From NCBI RefSeq assembly GCF_030144855.1, contig NC_082724.1:47058001-47122000 (forward strand): 64,000 bases of DNA, written 5' to 3'. The DNA comes from Hypanus sabinus (lineage: Eukaryota). Shown piece by piece: positions 1 to 12,254 of this stretch. A program made the translations under genes and the position numbers. The notes beneath the pieces were generated by a model. That model saw nothing but the letters and a program-made list of their open reading frames with translations, searched no databases and was not told where the DNA came from. Every line of letters starts with the position of its first letter. Positions within the stretch are counted from its first letter, which is position 1.

Positions 1-25
1 GACTGGATATATAAGTATTTGACTA

Positions 26-130
26 TAAGACATAGAAGCAGAATTAGGCCATTGGGTCCATTGAGGCTACTGCACCATTCAATCATGGCTGATCCTTTTT
101 CTTTTTCCCTCCTCAATCCCACTCTTTGGC
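26..130 (-). mobile_element. CR1 LINE 3' tail fragment
   Basis: ataagacatagaagcagaattaggcc... is the reverse complement of the CR1 3' end seen at 13940-13985 and 32460-32495. Confidence 0.7.
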
Positions 131-1455
131 TCCCAAGGATGGACATGGACTGATTTAAGGATAGTCAGCATGGCTTCTTGCATCGTCGGTCATGTCTAAC
201 TAATCTTAGAGTTTTTTGATGAAGCTACAAGGAAAATGGATCAAAACAAGGCAATGGATGTTGTCAACATGGACTTTAGCAAGGCACTTGATAAGGTTCC
301 ACATGGAAGATTACTCAAGAAGATTTAGTTGCTCAGCATTCAATTTGAGGTAGTAAATAAGATTAGGCACTGGCTTTGTGGGAGAAGCCAGGGAATGGTA
401 GTAGAAGGTTGCCTCTCTGACTGGAGGCCCGTGACTAGTGGTGTGCCACAGGGATTGGTGCTGGGTCCTTTGTGTTTGTCATCCATATCAGTGATCTGGA
501 TGATAATGTGTTTAATCGCATCAGCAAATTTGCAGATGACTCCAAGACTGGGGGTGTAGTGGACAGTGAGGTGGGCTATCATGGGTTGCAGGGGGATTGT
601 ATCAGCTGGAAAAATGAGCTATAAAATGGCAGATGGAATTTACTGCAGACAAGTGTAAGGTTTTGCACTTCGATAGGACCAACCAGGTAGGTCTTACACA
701 GTGAACAGTAAGATACTGAGGAGTGTGACAGAACAAAGGTATCTGGGAAAAGAGGTTCATTATTCATTGGAAGTGGCATTGCAGGTAGATTTTGTCATAA
801 CAAAAGCTTTAGGCACATTTGCCTTCATACATCAATGCATTGAGTACAGAAGATGGGATGATATTTTGAAGATGTATAACATGTTGGTGAGGCCTAATTT
901 AGAATATTGTGTACAGTTTTGGTCACCTTCCTACAGGAAAGATGTAAACAAGTTTGAAAGAGTACAGAGAACATTTACAAGGATGTTGCTGGGTCTGGAG
1001 GACCTGTGTTATAAGGAAAGATTGAATAGGTTAGGACTAGATTCCTTAGAATGTAGAAGATTGAGAAGAGATTTGGTAGAGGTATACAAAACTATGAGGG
1101 GTATAGATAGAGTGAATGGAAACAGGCTTTTTCCACTGAGGATGGGTGAGACTACAACTAGAGGTTATGGGTTAAAGGTAAAAGGTCAAAAGTTTAAGGG
1201 GACTGAACACGAACTAAACTTCTTCACTCAGAGGTTCATGAGAGGATGCAACGAGCTGCCTGCACAAGTTGTGGATGCAAGCTTGATTTCATTGTTTAAG
1301 AGAAGCTTGGATAGGTACATGGATGGTAGGGATATGGATGGCTATAGTCTGGGTGCAGATCGATGGGTGTAGGCAGTTTAAATAGTTTTGGCATGGACTA
1401 GATGGGCCAATGGCCCTTTTCTCTGTGTTGTATTTCTCTAGGACTCTACGATTCT
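131..1455 (+). mobile_element. CR1 LINE, 5'-truncated and degenerate (RT domain to 3' tail)
   Basis: DFSKALDKVPH, VTSGVPQG, KFADD, LVRPNLEYCVQFWSP, RLRRDLVEVYK, FFTQR; ends in a ctctacgattcta-type tail. Confidence 0.9.
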
Positions 1456-1823
1456 AAAGAACTTCAGATATTGCATGTTTGTCAATATGAGTTGAGAACT
1501 GATTCCTAGAGCTGAAGTTATCTGTTTGAAATTTATTAATGATTGTAGATATATAAATGTGGCTTGGTTTATTCTGTCCTTTGAACATGATTGAGTGCCC
1601 AGGTGCTGCCAATTATCACGTCAACCCAACTGCCTTGGGTTTCGATGTTTTTGCTGCTCTTTTGTGTACTCCTAATTCAATCTCAATTTCTCAGTAGTAA
1701 AAGGTGCAAACATGGTTTACTCCCGGAATTTTTCTACTTTTCTTCCTTAGTTTAAGATACTGTCCCCACTGTGGATCTATCATATTGTGCTGTTTAATGC
1801 ATTGGTGAAGCATGTTGGGAAAA

Positions 1824-2088
1824 ATACTAGAGGTTATGGGTTAAGGGTGAAAGGTGAGATATTTAAAGGGAACATGGGGATGTGCACTCAGTGCGCAGCA
1901 CATGTGGAAAGAGTTGCCGGTGGGAGAGGTGGATGCGGGTTCAATTTCACCACATAAGTGGAACTTGGATAGCTGCATGGATGGAGGGGTATGGAAGGCT
2001 TTGCCTGGGTGCAGGTTGATGAAACTAGACAGCATGGAGCAGATGGGCAGAATGTTCTGTTCCTATGCTGTAGTGCTCTATGACTCTA
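1824..2088 (+). mobile_element. CR1 3' fragment
   Basis: actagaggttatgggttaagggtgaaagg closely matches 1157-1185; ends ctctatgactcta. Confidence 0.8.
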
Positions 2089-3809
2089 AATGATTTCAGG
2101 GCTGAGTTCAGTGTTGCTTTGAATGAAATGAACTCCGTTGTAGGATTTTCAGAGCTGGCATCTGTAATATATTGCACAGGGTGCAGATTGTTTTATATTC
2201 AGGAGATGTTGTCATAGTGTCTGGTGTGCTCTAGGAAACAGGATATAAAAACTGAAGTGATATCCCCCAGGTCTGCTCTGAATTGACTCAAATATTTGCA
2301 TCCCTCTTTATTCTATCAATGAAATCTCTTGTGTGTCATTTCACTCACCAGTGATTCTGCCTGTTAGGTCTGTTCTGTTCTGTGACCACCTTTTCACCTT
2401 GACTGTGCAGACGTCTAACTGAAGAGACAGTGTCACTTCACTTACTTTATCAAATGTTTGAGCGTTTACCCTGATATTATTCAGATATCTCACATAATCA
2501 GTGTCACACAGAGAAGCCAAGTTTTCTGATGTTCTGTCAAGTGACACCCAATATTTCATGCCTGGGTCGGTCCTGTCTTCTGTAGTTGTCTGCTTGTGGT
2601 AGGCACTGGAGTGGAAGCTGGACTGATACTAGTGATGTCTCCTTGGGTCAATGGTGTCATCACAGAACTTGAGTCTGCTGCTGTTACAATGAATAATTCA
2701 CTGCAGAGTAGACGGGGATCACAAGGAAAAATGAGGAACATAAGAAATCAAAGCACTAATTCACCTGATCCCCAAAATGAGGTTATGGCTGTTAATTTAA
2801 AGTTGACACTTCTTTCTGCTTCCTGTAACTCTCAGTTGCCTTGGTTTTTTAAAATCTATCTCCAACCTTGAAACTATTGAATGACTGAGTATCATAGTCA
2901 TCTGGAGAAGTGTATTCTGAAGTTCAGAATCTCTGAGAAAAACATTACTTCCTCATCCAAGACCTAAAGGCAAACACTATTATCCAAAGGATAATGATAT
3001 GGGCCCCAGTTGTATATACTCCAGTCAGAGGACACAATGCCTCAGCACTTATTCTATCCAAGCTTTTCAGATTCTTGTAACCTCCATTAATTTAACTTTC
3101 CATTCAACAAAACTCTACTGAGTTCAGTCACTCATTCAGTCACATTTATCTCATGAATCAGCCTTTTGAATCTACATTTAAATGGCTTCAGGGCAATTAC
3201 ATATTTCTTTTGGCTTAAAGATCAAATGGAATGTTTTTTTGATCTACTACCTCAGACCAATGTTAACAACTTCAAAATTAAGCTGAAAAAATATAGTTCA
3301 TGGATTGAAAAACCTAAGCCTCTCATTTTGACTATTTCAATGCATTGGCATGACTCCTATTTTCCCACATATGTAATTTGATCTTATTCAAAACTGTAGC
3401 CCATATGTAAAGTTTGAATTTCAAAGTAAATTTATTATCAAAGTACATATAAGTCAGCATATATTACCTTGAGATTCATTTCCTTTCGAGCATTCACATA
3501 AAGATGGACAAACAACCAAAATGCACAAAGTCCTGTTCCAAATCTATTGACCAGAAGGGGCTCCAATATGTTAAACTTTACTTTTAATATCCACTAAATT
3601 GCCTCAAATCTCTCTGTGACCTCACTGATTCATGAGGTTGCCTCCACCAGTCCTACTTTCCTTCAAAACCTCTGTGCATCTCCAATTCTGCTCCTCTGAT
3701 TTCAGTAAACTCAGTTATGTGTAACTGTCCTAGAGTTGACTGAAGGCTAATCACTAGAATTTTCTCTCTTATCCTTGCTGCATCTCAGCTTCTCTTTACT
3801 TTTCAAACC

Positions 3810-4048
3810 TAGAAATCTACAGCACGTTACAGGCAGTTGCAGCCACTTCTTAAGCTCTTTCAGAGTGACTGTTAGGGTCACAGTAGCTTCCCGTACAAGC
3901 ACCATTCTTCACCATACACCAATGCATTTCGGCCCACAACATTGTGCCAACCATGTAACCTACTCTAGAAGCTGCCTAGAATTTCCCTACCACATAGCCC
4001 TCTAGTTTTCTATGCTCCATGTACCTATCTAAAAGTCTCTTAAAACAT
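3810..4048 (-). mobile_element. CR1 3' tail remnant containing an inserted ~76-bp Tc1 transposase fragment (3835-3910)
   Basis: The CR1 tail (ctacagcac..caggc / ttcggcccacaa..tgtgcc) is split by a sequence whose reverse complement matches 18714-18789 of the Tc1. Confidence 0.7.
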
Positions 4049-4077
4049 CATTGACAAAATGTTCGGGGGGGGTGGAG

Positions 4078-4090
4078 TTTCAAGATGGCG
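4078..4090 (+). promoter_or_regulatory. YY1-like motif (tttCAAGATGGCg) at the 5' end of the L1 internal promoter
   Basis: CAAGATGGCG about 14 nt into the element, after a G-run; same motif and relative position as the YY1 site of mammalian L1 5'UTRs. Confidence 0.65.
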
Positions 4091-4240
4091 ACGTAAGCAT
4101 CTGCCTTTTAGGCGCTCTTTATTTTTTTAACTATAATCACCCTTTAATTAGATCTTTTCGAACTTAATCATATGAGTTGCTACCTTTGATTGACCCTTTT
4201 TTCCTAAAATAATAGTTGATCTAATCTTGTCAAACCTAAA

Positions 4241-5146
4241 ATGGCTACAAGTAAGAAATCGGCTAAGGATCCTGTATCCATCGACGCAATTTCTGGTCTT
4301 TTGGACATTAAACTGGATGTTAAATTTGCGGGTATGGAAGGTAAATTGGACAATAAACTGGATGCTAAATTTGCGGGTCTGGAAGGCAGACTAGAAGGTA
4401 AATTGGACAGTAAACTGTTAAATTTGGAAAGGAGGATTACTTCGAAAATATCCGATCTTGAAGGAGTTGTTAAATCGCTTGAAACTAAGTTTCAGTCGCA
4501 GGCGTTAGAGGTTCAACAGCATGGAAATAAGATCACGACTCTTGAACAATCAATTTGTGAAAAAGCACGTACAATTGAAGTGTTAGAGAAGAAGATAGAG
4601 TCGACTGCTAAAACTTTAGATCAGTATAAGTTTAAAATTACTGATCTTGAAAATCGTTCTCGCAGACAGAATTTGTGCATCATCGGAATTCCCGAAAAAG
4701 TTGAGTCCGGTGATTTAACTGAATTTTTCTCTAAATTACTGTGGGAAATTTTCGGTGGTGAAGGTTTGAAAAATGAACCTGTTATCGACCGTGCTCATAG
4801 AGTTGCGAGGCTTTCGTCTGTGCCTGATAAACCACGAGCGGTGATTGTTCGCCTTCATTATCCTCGTGAGAAAGAGCTTCTAATTCGATTAGCTCGTAAA
4901 AAAGGTATGATCTCCTTCAAAAATTACTCATTTCGAATAGTTGAGGATTATTCTTATGAAGTAATGAAAGCCAGGATCGCTTTTAAACCAGTGATGGCAG
5001 AGATTCATTCGATTGGATTTAAACAAGCTTTAATGTATCCAGCGAAGCTTAGAATGGTGCTGCCCGACAACAGTCTACACTTTTTTAACACTCCTGAAGA
5101 AGCGAAGAAATTTGTTGAAGAATATCGATCCTCTAGTGCAACTTGA
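4241..5146 (+). CDS. L1 ORF1p (coiled coil + RRM + CTD; Transposase_22-like), 301 aa, intact
   Basis: Motifs DLENRSRRQNLxIIGIPE, IDRAHRV, PRAVIVRL, YPAKLR typical of L1 ORF1; N-terminal coiled coil. Confidence 0.92.
   Translation: MATSKKSAKDPVSIDAISGLLDIKLDVKFAGMEGKLDNKLDAKFAGLEGRLEGKLDSKLLNLERRITSKISDLEGVVKSLETKFQSQALEVQQHGNKITTLEQSICEKARTIEVLEKKIESTAKTLDQYKFKITDLENRSRRQNLCIIGIPEKVESGDLTEFFSKLLWEIFGGEGLKNEPVIDRAHRVARLSSVPDKPRAVIVRLHYPREKELLIRLARKKGMISFKNYSFRIVEDYSYEVMKARIAFKPVMAEIHSIGFKQALMYPAKLRMVLPDNSLHFFNTPEEAKKFVEEYRSSSAT
4301..4417 (+). repeat. 45-bp (15-codon) tandem repeat inside the ORF1 coiled coil
   Basis: ttggacattaaactggatgttaaatttgcgggtatggaaggtaaa / ttggacaataaactggatgctaaatttgcgggtctggaaggcaga, then a partial third copy. 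Confidence 0.9.
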
Positions 5147-6140
5147 ACTATGAGTTACATTGAAGATTTTTTTTGGAGAGAGGATGTCATTTCATTTTAA
5201 GTTTTAACCCTGGAAGTTGGGTTATAACTTTTTATTTTGAACTATGGGTCTGGGTCTTTTTTTTTTACTACTATTATTATTGCTTATAGATGCTGTTTTA
5301 ATTTTTATAATATCCTTTTTTATACACGTTTGTATTTTGTAATAATGAATTATTTTTTCAAAATGTCGTTTCTTCTTCCCATAAGTCTTTACTTTTTATA
5401 AGCGTTTATTTGCTTGCCTGTATTTAGAAATGGAACAAAGGTTTTGAATTCTTTTTTTTTAGTTTTTTTTTATATATATGTTGTAGTGTCTATTAAATCT
5501 TTTTTTAAAAAAAATTCTATTTTGATAACTTTTTTTTAATTAAATTTTCTTATTAGATTGCTGAATTTATATTCATATTTTGTAATATGGCTTTCTCAAA
5601 ATGTTGTTTCTTCTTCCCATAAGTCTTGGCTTGTGAAACGTCATCTTTGTATCTGAATATGGAATTTCTTTTTTAAAGGTGTATTACATTTTTAAACTTT
5701 AATGTTCATTTTTTTTTATTAATGATTTTTCTGGTTTTACTATTTTAGTTTTTTTTTGATTTGTCTGATATGTGTGTGTATGTGTATGTATATATATATA
5801 TGTAGGTATATATATATATATATATATTTTTTTTTTTGCAACTCTATATTTTAATTAGGGTGTTATATAGTTTTTTCTTAAAAAATTTTCTTATGGAGCT
5901 GCCATCTTGAAATGGGGGTAATATTAGTATTAGTTTATGCGCCTGCCGCTTGGCTTTCTTTCAAAGGGTGGGGGGAGGGGGGAGGGATCTTTTTTCATGC
6001 TTTTGCTTTTTATTTTTTTGCTTTTAGTTTATGGGCTGACTTTAAATTGTTAATATTGTTGAGGTGTCAGGATCTCCGTTTGCTCCTGAATCAATTTTCC
6101 TTCTTCCTAAATTGTGGGTTATGTGTCTTTTTAACCTTTT

Positions 6141-9100
6141 ATGATACACACAATTAATATTGGTATGATGGATAAATCTATTAACTTTATCTCGTGGAAT
6201 ACTAATGGTTTAAATCATCCGATTAAACGTAAAAAAATATTTAAAGTATTCCATAGATTGAACGCTAATATTATTTTTGCACAGGAGACCCATATTAGGA
6301 GGGAGGATAATCAACGTTTTTTTAGGTTCTGGAAAGGACAACAATTTCACTCAAATTGTACCGCTAAAATTAGGGGTGTGTCTATTTTTATAGACGCCTC
6401 AATTTCGTTTACACATTATGAAATTATTTCTGATCCACAGGGTAGATTTTTGTTGATAACTGGTTCACTTTTTAATCGGAAAGTTGTTTTAGTTAATATT
6501 TATGCTCCAAACTTTGATTGTCCTGAATTTTTTAAACGTTTATTTACTTCTCTTCCTAATTTGAATGAATATATGTTGATTATGGGTGGAGACTTTAATT
6601 GTTGTTTGAATCCTTCGATGGATAGATCTAAACCTATTCGAACTCTTCCGAATAGATCAGCTTTACTTATTAATTCTTTTATGGTTGATTCTGGAATTAC
6701 TGAAATATGGCGGTTTTTGAACCCTAAAGATAAAGAATTTTCATTTTTTTCACATGTATATCATAGTTATTCTAGAATTGATTATTTTCTTATTGATCAT
6801 CGTTTATTAACAGATGTTATTGATTGTAAATACGATTCTATTGCTATTTCGGATCATGCGCCTTTGAAGTTATCTATCAAGATTCCGGACTCTTCTATCA
6901 ATACTAGATCTTGGAGACTTAATGTTACTTTACTTCAAGATCCAGAATTTATTACCTTCATAAAACAACAAATTGACTTATTTTTTTCAACAAACTATAA
7001 TGAAGAGATTGATAAAGGAATACTTTGGGACTCTTTCAAGGCTTTTATTCGTGGACAAATTATTTCATATTCCGCTGGTAAAAGAAAACAAAGATATTCA
7101 GATATAGCTTTATTGGTGGATAAAATTAAAGAAATTGATAAGATTTATTCCGTTACTCCTACCAAAGAACTTTATAAGAAGAGAGTTGAGCTTCAAATGG
7201 AACATAGTTTATTATTATCTTCTTCAATTGAGAATCAATTAATTAAGACTAGGGCTCAATTTTATATTCATAGTGATCGAACTGGTAAATTGTTAGCTAA
7301 TCAATTAAAGGCTATTTCGACTAAGCGACAAATTATTAAAATTCGTAAACAAGACGGTAATTTAACTACTGATTATAAAGAAATCAATAACACTTTTCAA
7401 GATTTTTATAAATCTTTATATCAATCAGAATTTGACGGTGACCGGTTTACGATGGATAATTTTTTTAATAACTTGAATATTCCTAAACTGATAGATGAAG
7501 ATTGTAGCTTGTTTGATGCTCCTATTTCTATGGATGAAATAAGAGAGGCTATTTCATCAATGAACTCAGGGAAAGCTCCTGGTCCTGATGGTTTTATTGT
7601 AGAATTTTTTAAAACTTTTTCTTTATTGCTTTCTCCTTGGCTATGTGAAATCTTTAATGATGCGTTTGTTAAGAAGAGACTACCTCAATCGTTTTATGAA
7701 GCTACTATCTCTCTAATTCTTAAAAAAGATAAAGATCCTACTTTATGTGCATCTTATCGCCCTATATCATTATTAAATGTAGACTCTAAGATTCTTACAA
7801 AAATTTTAGCCATTAGATTAGAAAAGGTATTACCACAGATTATTTCAGAAGATCAAACTGGTTTTATTAGGAATTGGTATTCCTTTTTTAATATTAGAAA
7901 ATTGATTAACATAATTTATACTTCATCACCTACAACCCCAGAATGTGTTATCTCATTAGATGCTGAAAAAGCCTTTGATAGAGTTGAATGGACATATTTA
8001 TTTAATGCATTGAGAAACTTTAATTTTAGTCCTAATTTTATATCATGGATTAAATTAATATATTATAAACCTGTTGCTTCTGTTCTTACAAATAATTATA
8101 GATCCTCTTTTTTTCAATTATTTCGTGGTACGAGACAAGGTTGTCCTTTAAGTCCTTTATTATTTAATATTGCATTAGAACCTTTAGCTATTGCTATTCG
8201 TGAGTCTCCTAATATTTTTGGTATTACCCGTAATGAGAAGTTATACAAATTATCGCTTTATGCTGATGATTTGTTGTTATATATTTCTAATCCTAGTAGG
8301 TCTATTCCTGCTATTTTATCCTTGTTGGCTCAATTTGGTAGCTTTTCTGGTTATAAGTTAAACTTAGATAAGAGTGAGTTATTCCCTTTAAACGCGCAAA
8401 CCTTATTGAGTGATAGGATGCCATTTAAAGTTGTTACTGATAACTTTATCTATTTAGGTATAAAAATCACCAAGAAATATAAAGATTTATTCGGACTGAA
8501 TTTTTTACCTATGCTTCATCAAATTCAGCAACTTACTACTATCATTAGTTGGTTGGATTAACGCTATTAAAATGATGATTTTACCGAAATTTTTATATTT
8601 ATTCCAAGCTTTACCAATTTTTATTCCTAAATCTTTTTTTGATAATATTGATTCAAAAATTTCCTCATTTGTGTGGCAAAATAAAAATCCTAGGTTAAGC
8701 AAAAGGCAATTACAAAAGTCTAAAAAAGATGGTGGTCTAGCTTTACCTAACTTTAGATTTTATTATTGGGCGAATAATATTCGTAACCTAATGTACTGGA
8801 AACTAGATTTGGATTCACCTGTGTGCCCACAGTGGGTAAATTTGGAATGTAGTGAGGTTAAGGGATATTCTATATTTTCCGTTCTTGGTTCTTTTCTTCC
8901 TATTGATTTAGCCAAATTCAATAAACAGATATCTAACCCTGTTGTTAAACATACACTACGAATTTGGTTTCAATTTCGCAAATTCTTTAATCTGAAAAAC
9001 TTTGCTCTGGACAGCCCTATTTTATGTAATTTTTTTTTTAAACCTTCATTGACAGATCAAGCTTTTAGTATATGGGAAAGGAAAGGTATAAAATGTTTTC

Positions 9101-9930
9101 GTGATCTTTTTTTTGAAGGTACTTTGATGTCTTTTGATCAACTATCCAACAAATTTGAATTACCTAAATCTAATTTTTTTAGATACTTACAAATTAGAAA
9201 TTTCTTACATAAAATTCTTCCATCTTTTCCTAACTCAACTCCATCGGATTTTTCAGATTTGATTTTTACTTTTAATCCTTGTCAGAAGGGATTAGTAGCT
9301 TTTATTTATAACATGATTATGAAGATACAGCCAGAAATATCGGATAGAATTAGACAAGAATGGGAAAAAGAACTTCGATGTAATATATCAACAGATAAAT
9401 GGGAAAAAATTTTACAAATGGTTAATTCCTCCTCTATTTGTGCTAAACATGCTTTAATACAATTTAAAATTGTACATAGAGCTTATATGTCTAAAGATAA
9501 GCTTGCCCGATTTTATTCGCATATTAATCCTCAATGTGACAGATGTCACTTAGAAGTGGCTTCATTGACTCACATGTTTTGGACATGTCCCACTTTACAT
9601 AACTATTGGAAGGACATTTTTGATGTCATTTCCTCAGTATGGAATATCGATTTACAACCCCATTTTATTACTGCAATTTTCGGTATACCAAATGAAGATG
9701 GCAATCAGCTTTCCCCTTCAATCAGACGAATGATTGCCTTTGTAACATTAATTGCCAGAAGGTCTATATTACAAAATTGGAAAGAAGTAAATCCTCCTAC
9801 TACATTTCAGTGGTTCTCCCAAACTATTTCTTATCTGAGTTTGGAAAAAATCAGAAGCACTATCTTTGATTCTTCAATTAAATTTGAAGAAACCTGGGGA
9901 CCATTTATTCGACACTTTCATATGAATTAA
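6141..9930 (+). pseudogene. L1 ORF2p (APE endonuclease, reverse transcriptase, C-terminal CCHC) with a single frameshift near 8537
   Basis: SWNTNGL, QETH, GDFN, SRIDY, SDH (APE); GKAPGPDG, YRPISLLN, LDAEKAFD, RQGCPLSP, YADD (RT); CDRC-x8-H-x4-C. Frame 1 stops at 8561; a second frame resumes as LSLVGWINAIKMMILPK (expected LSLxGRIN..KM). Confidence 0.92.
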
Positions 9931-12254
9931 TTTGGCCTATTTCAGATCCTTTTCTCTACTTATACTTGTTCAGGTATGGAGTTCCGGAGTTCTTTTCTTG
10001 ACACCTTTATATATTTATAAAGTGCTATTATTGCCCATGTTAGTTTTAGTTTAGTATTTTTTTTTCAATATATATTTTTTCTCATATATAATTTCAATTT
10101 TTTTTTCTTTTTTCGACGATTATTTTTGTTTTTTTTTCATATATATTTATATAGACTTGATTGATTTATGTACCTTTTGTTGATGGATGTTTTAATAGGA
10201 TATTATTATCCTATTACTAATGTAATCTCAAGTTTATTGAATCTGTAATCTATTCATTATTATGTGTTGTTTTTTTTTTATATATGAAATTTAATAAAAA
10301 GATTGAAAAAGAAAAGACAAAATGTTCGGGTCTCTGTTACCTTTCTGTGTCAGATGTTGTTTGCGGTGTCAACAGGTGGTCATGTTATTGGTTTCATGTC
10401 AATACCGTGGGTTAGCTGTGATAGTCGGGTGTAGAGCAGATGGAGCACTAATGAATCAGGTCAGTCCCTTATGCTAACTCGCCTTGCTGGGATTTGAACT
10501 CCAGACGTCTGGGCTCCTGGCCAAAGGACCATAAACATCAGATGGTCAGTCACTTCCAGAGGATAGTGGTATTACAAGCATTGTGTACAAATGAGAAGCT
10601 CTGTTGAGACTGAGGAAACGGTGGGCTCATGCACGCTTTGTCTGACCACTCCGTGCCAGAATGGTCAGGATGCCAACCCTTCCCATTCTGCCCATTTTTC
10701 TTTGTGTGACAGAATTAAGATCCTGCATCACTGTGACATATTCAGGAATCATGAATGTGGCCAGAGAGTACACTCACAATTCACATTTTTAATCGGTGTG
10801 CAACATTCCAATAAATAGCATGTGATTGTGAGGGAGAAATAGAGTAGATGATGGCTTACTGAAGAGAAAAGAATGAGTTAAGTTCAATACTGTGGAGCAG
10901 ACTTCTGCAGTTCCACTGTACAGATGTGAAGATGCTCAAAAGTTATTGTTCCCTTGATTCCACATTAGGAAGTAAGTGAACAAATGTGTCTGTTCCCCAG
11001 GGTCACCAACTCTCTGACAGTAAATGAATTCTGCTCCAAATATTGAGGTTTTCCCATTGTACTATAATCAGATTTTTTTCTATACAATCTAAAGGCAACA
11101 CACTTAGTGACAGGGTTCTCCAGTGATTTCTATAGAAGTGAGGAAAATGAACTGAAAATGGCTACTAAATAGTGAAACATGTCAGCTAGCAGACAGCACA
11201 AATCAAAAGACATGGGTTGTGACACTGCAAATATTATCTTGATGATCTCAAGGGGCTCTTATTCTTGCAGCTGCAAAATGTTGCCGTCTGTGTATGGGAT
11301 CTCCACGTTGTAGTTTGACATCCATTATACTTGCTCGCAAGGGCAAACACCGAGAGGTGCTGACATGGGTGCAGATCTGTGATATTAAGCATGCTGGATC
11401 TGGCTAGCAGCGCACACAGCCAATTCAAGAGAGATGATTAAATCAGGTGTGAAGTCACAACTTGTCAAACACATACAATATCAACTGGTTGAAGAGATGA
11501 TGCCTGTTTGTATATAAATTACCTCTGCATCCTGATGATTGGCTTCTGACCTTGCTGAGGACACGTCTGATATTATTTATTGTGATAAATTTCCTGCTTG
11601 CTGGCACATAACTCTGAGAATTATCATGATGTATTTTGTACATTCAACCTGCCCTATTTGGGCATGCTGCAGGTGACCTTGACATCACAGCTTTAGGAAA
11701 GTATTTTGTATATGAGAATTGACTGAAGGCAAGGTCTGCCTTAGCTGTGCTACCTAAAGAAACAGGTCCCTGTTTTGAGCTAACCTTATTTTTTTTTATT
11801 ATTAGAGTTAACCCAAAGCAGAACTATTGGTACAACTGGCAGTGTCAACAGTAGAAGGGAGCAAGAAGGCAACATAAACTAAAAGTTAAAGCAGGAATCT
11901 CTCAGAGCTAACTGGAAGCTGTTTTGTCCAGGGTTTGATTGCTGTGACAATATGCAGGTTCTTTCTCAGTTTGCTCGAAAAAAATACAATCATAATAACA
12001 TCATTGTGTGATGATGATTTGTTGTCATAAATGTCATTGCATTTATCTTGCCAGTGTGGGTTAGATGCCTTTGTAAATAAGGCTATGTTCAAAGGTTTCA
12101 TCTGGGAAAGAAAAGCTGAATAGTCAATCAGCTCAATGAGAAAAATAAAAGTGACAAGCTTTGAATCTTGTCATTTACAAAGACAGTGTTTTGATTTCCA
12201 CTGTTATAAATCATCATCCAGCTTTGAGGGAATAGAGGTATTTCCCCAATTTAA

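Larger units (their letters stand above)
4068..10315 (+). mobile_element. Full-length L1-clade non-LTR retrotransposon (fish-type, long inter-ORF spacer), young copy
   Basis: Perfect 15-bp direct repeat gacaaaatgttcggg at 4053-4067 and 10316-10330 (TSD); 5' G-run; ORF1 + ORF2; T-rich 3'UTR; AATAAA at 10293-10298 followed by an A-rich tail. Confidence 0.95.

Noticed and set aside
701-1372. 223-aa ORF as a host gene
   Set aside because: It is the C-terminal part of a decayed CR1 ORF2; upstream frames are broken.
8530-8575. Programmed ribosomal frameshift in L1 ORF2
   Set aside because: No slippery heptamer, and residues appear to be missing, so a small deletion is the simpler explanation.
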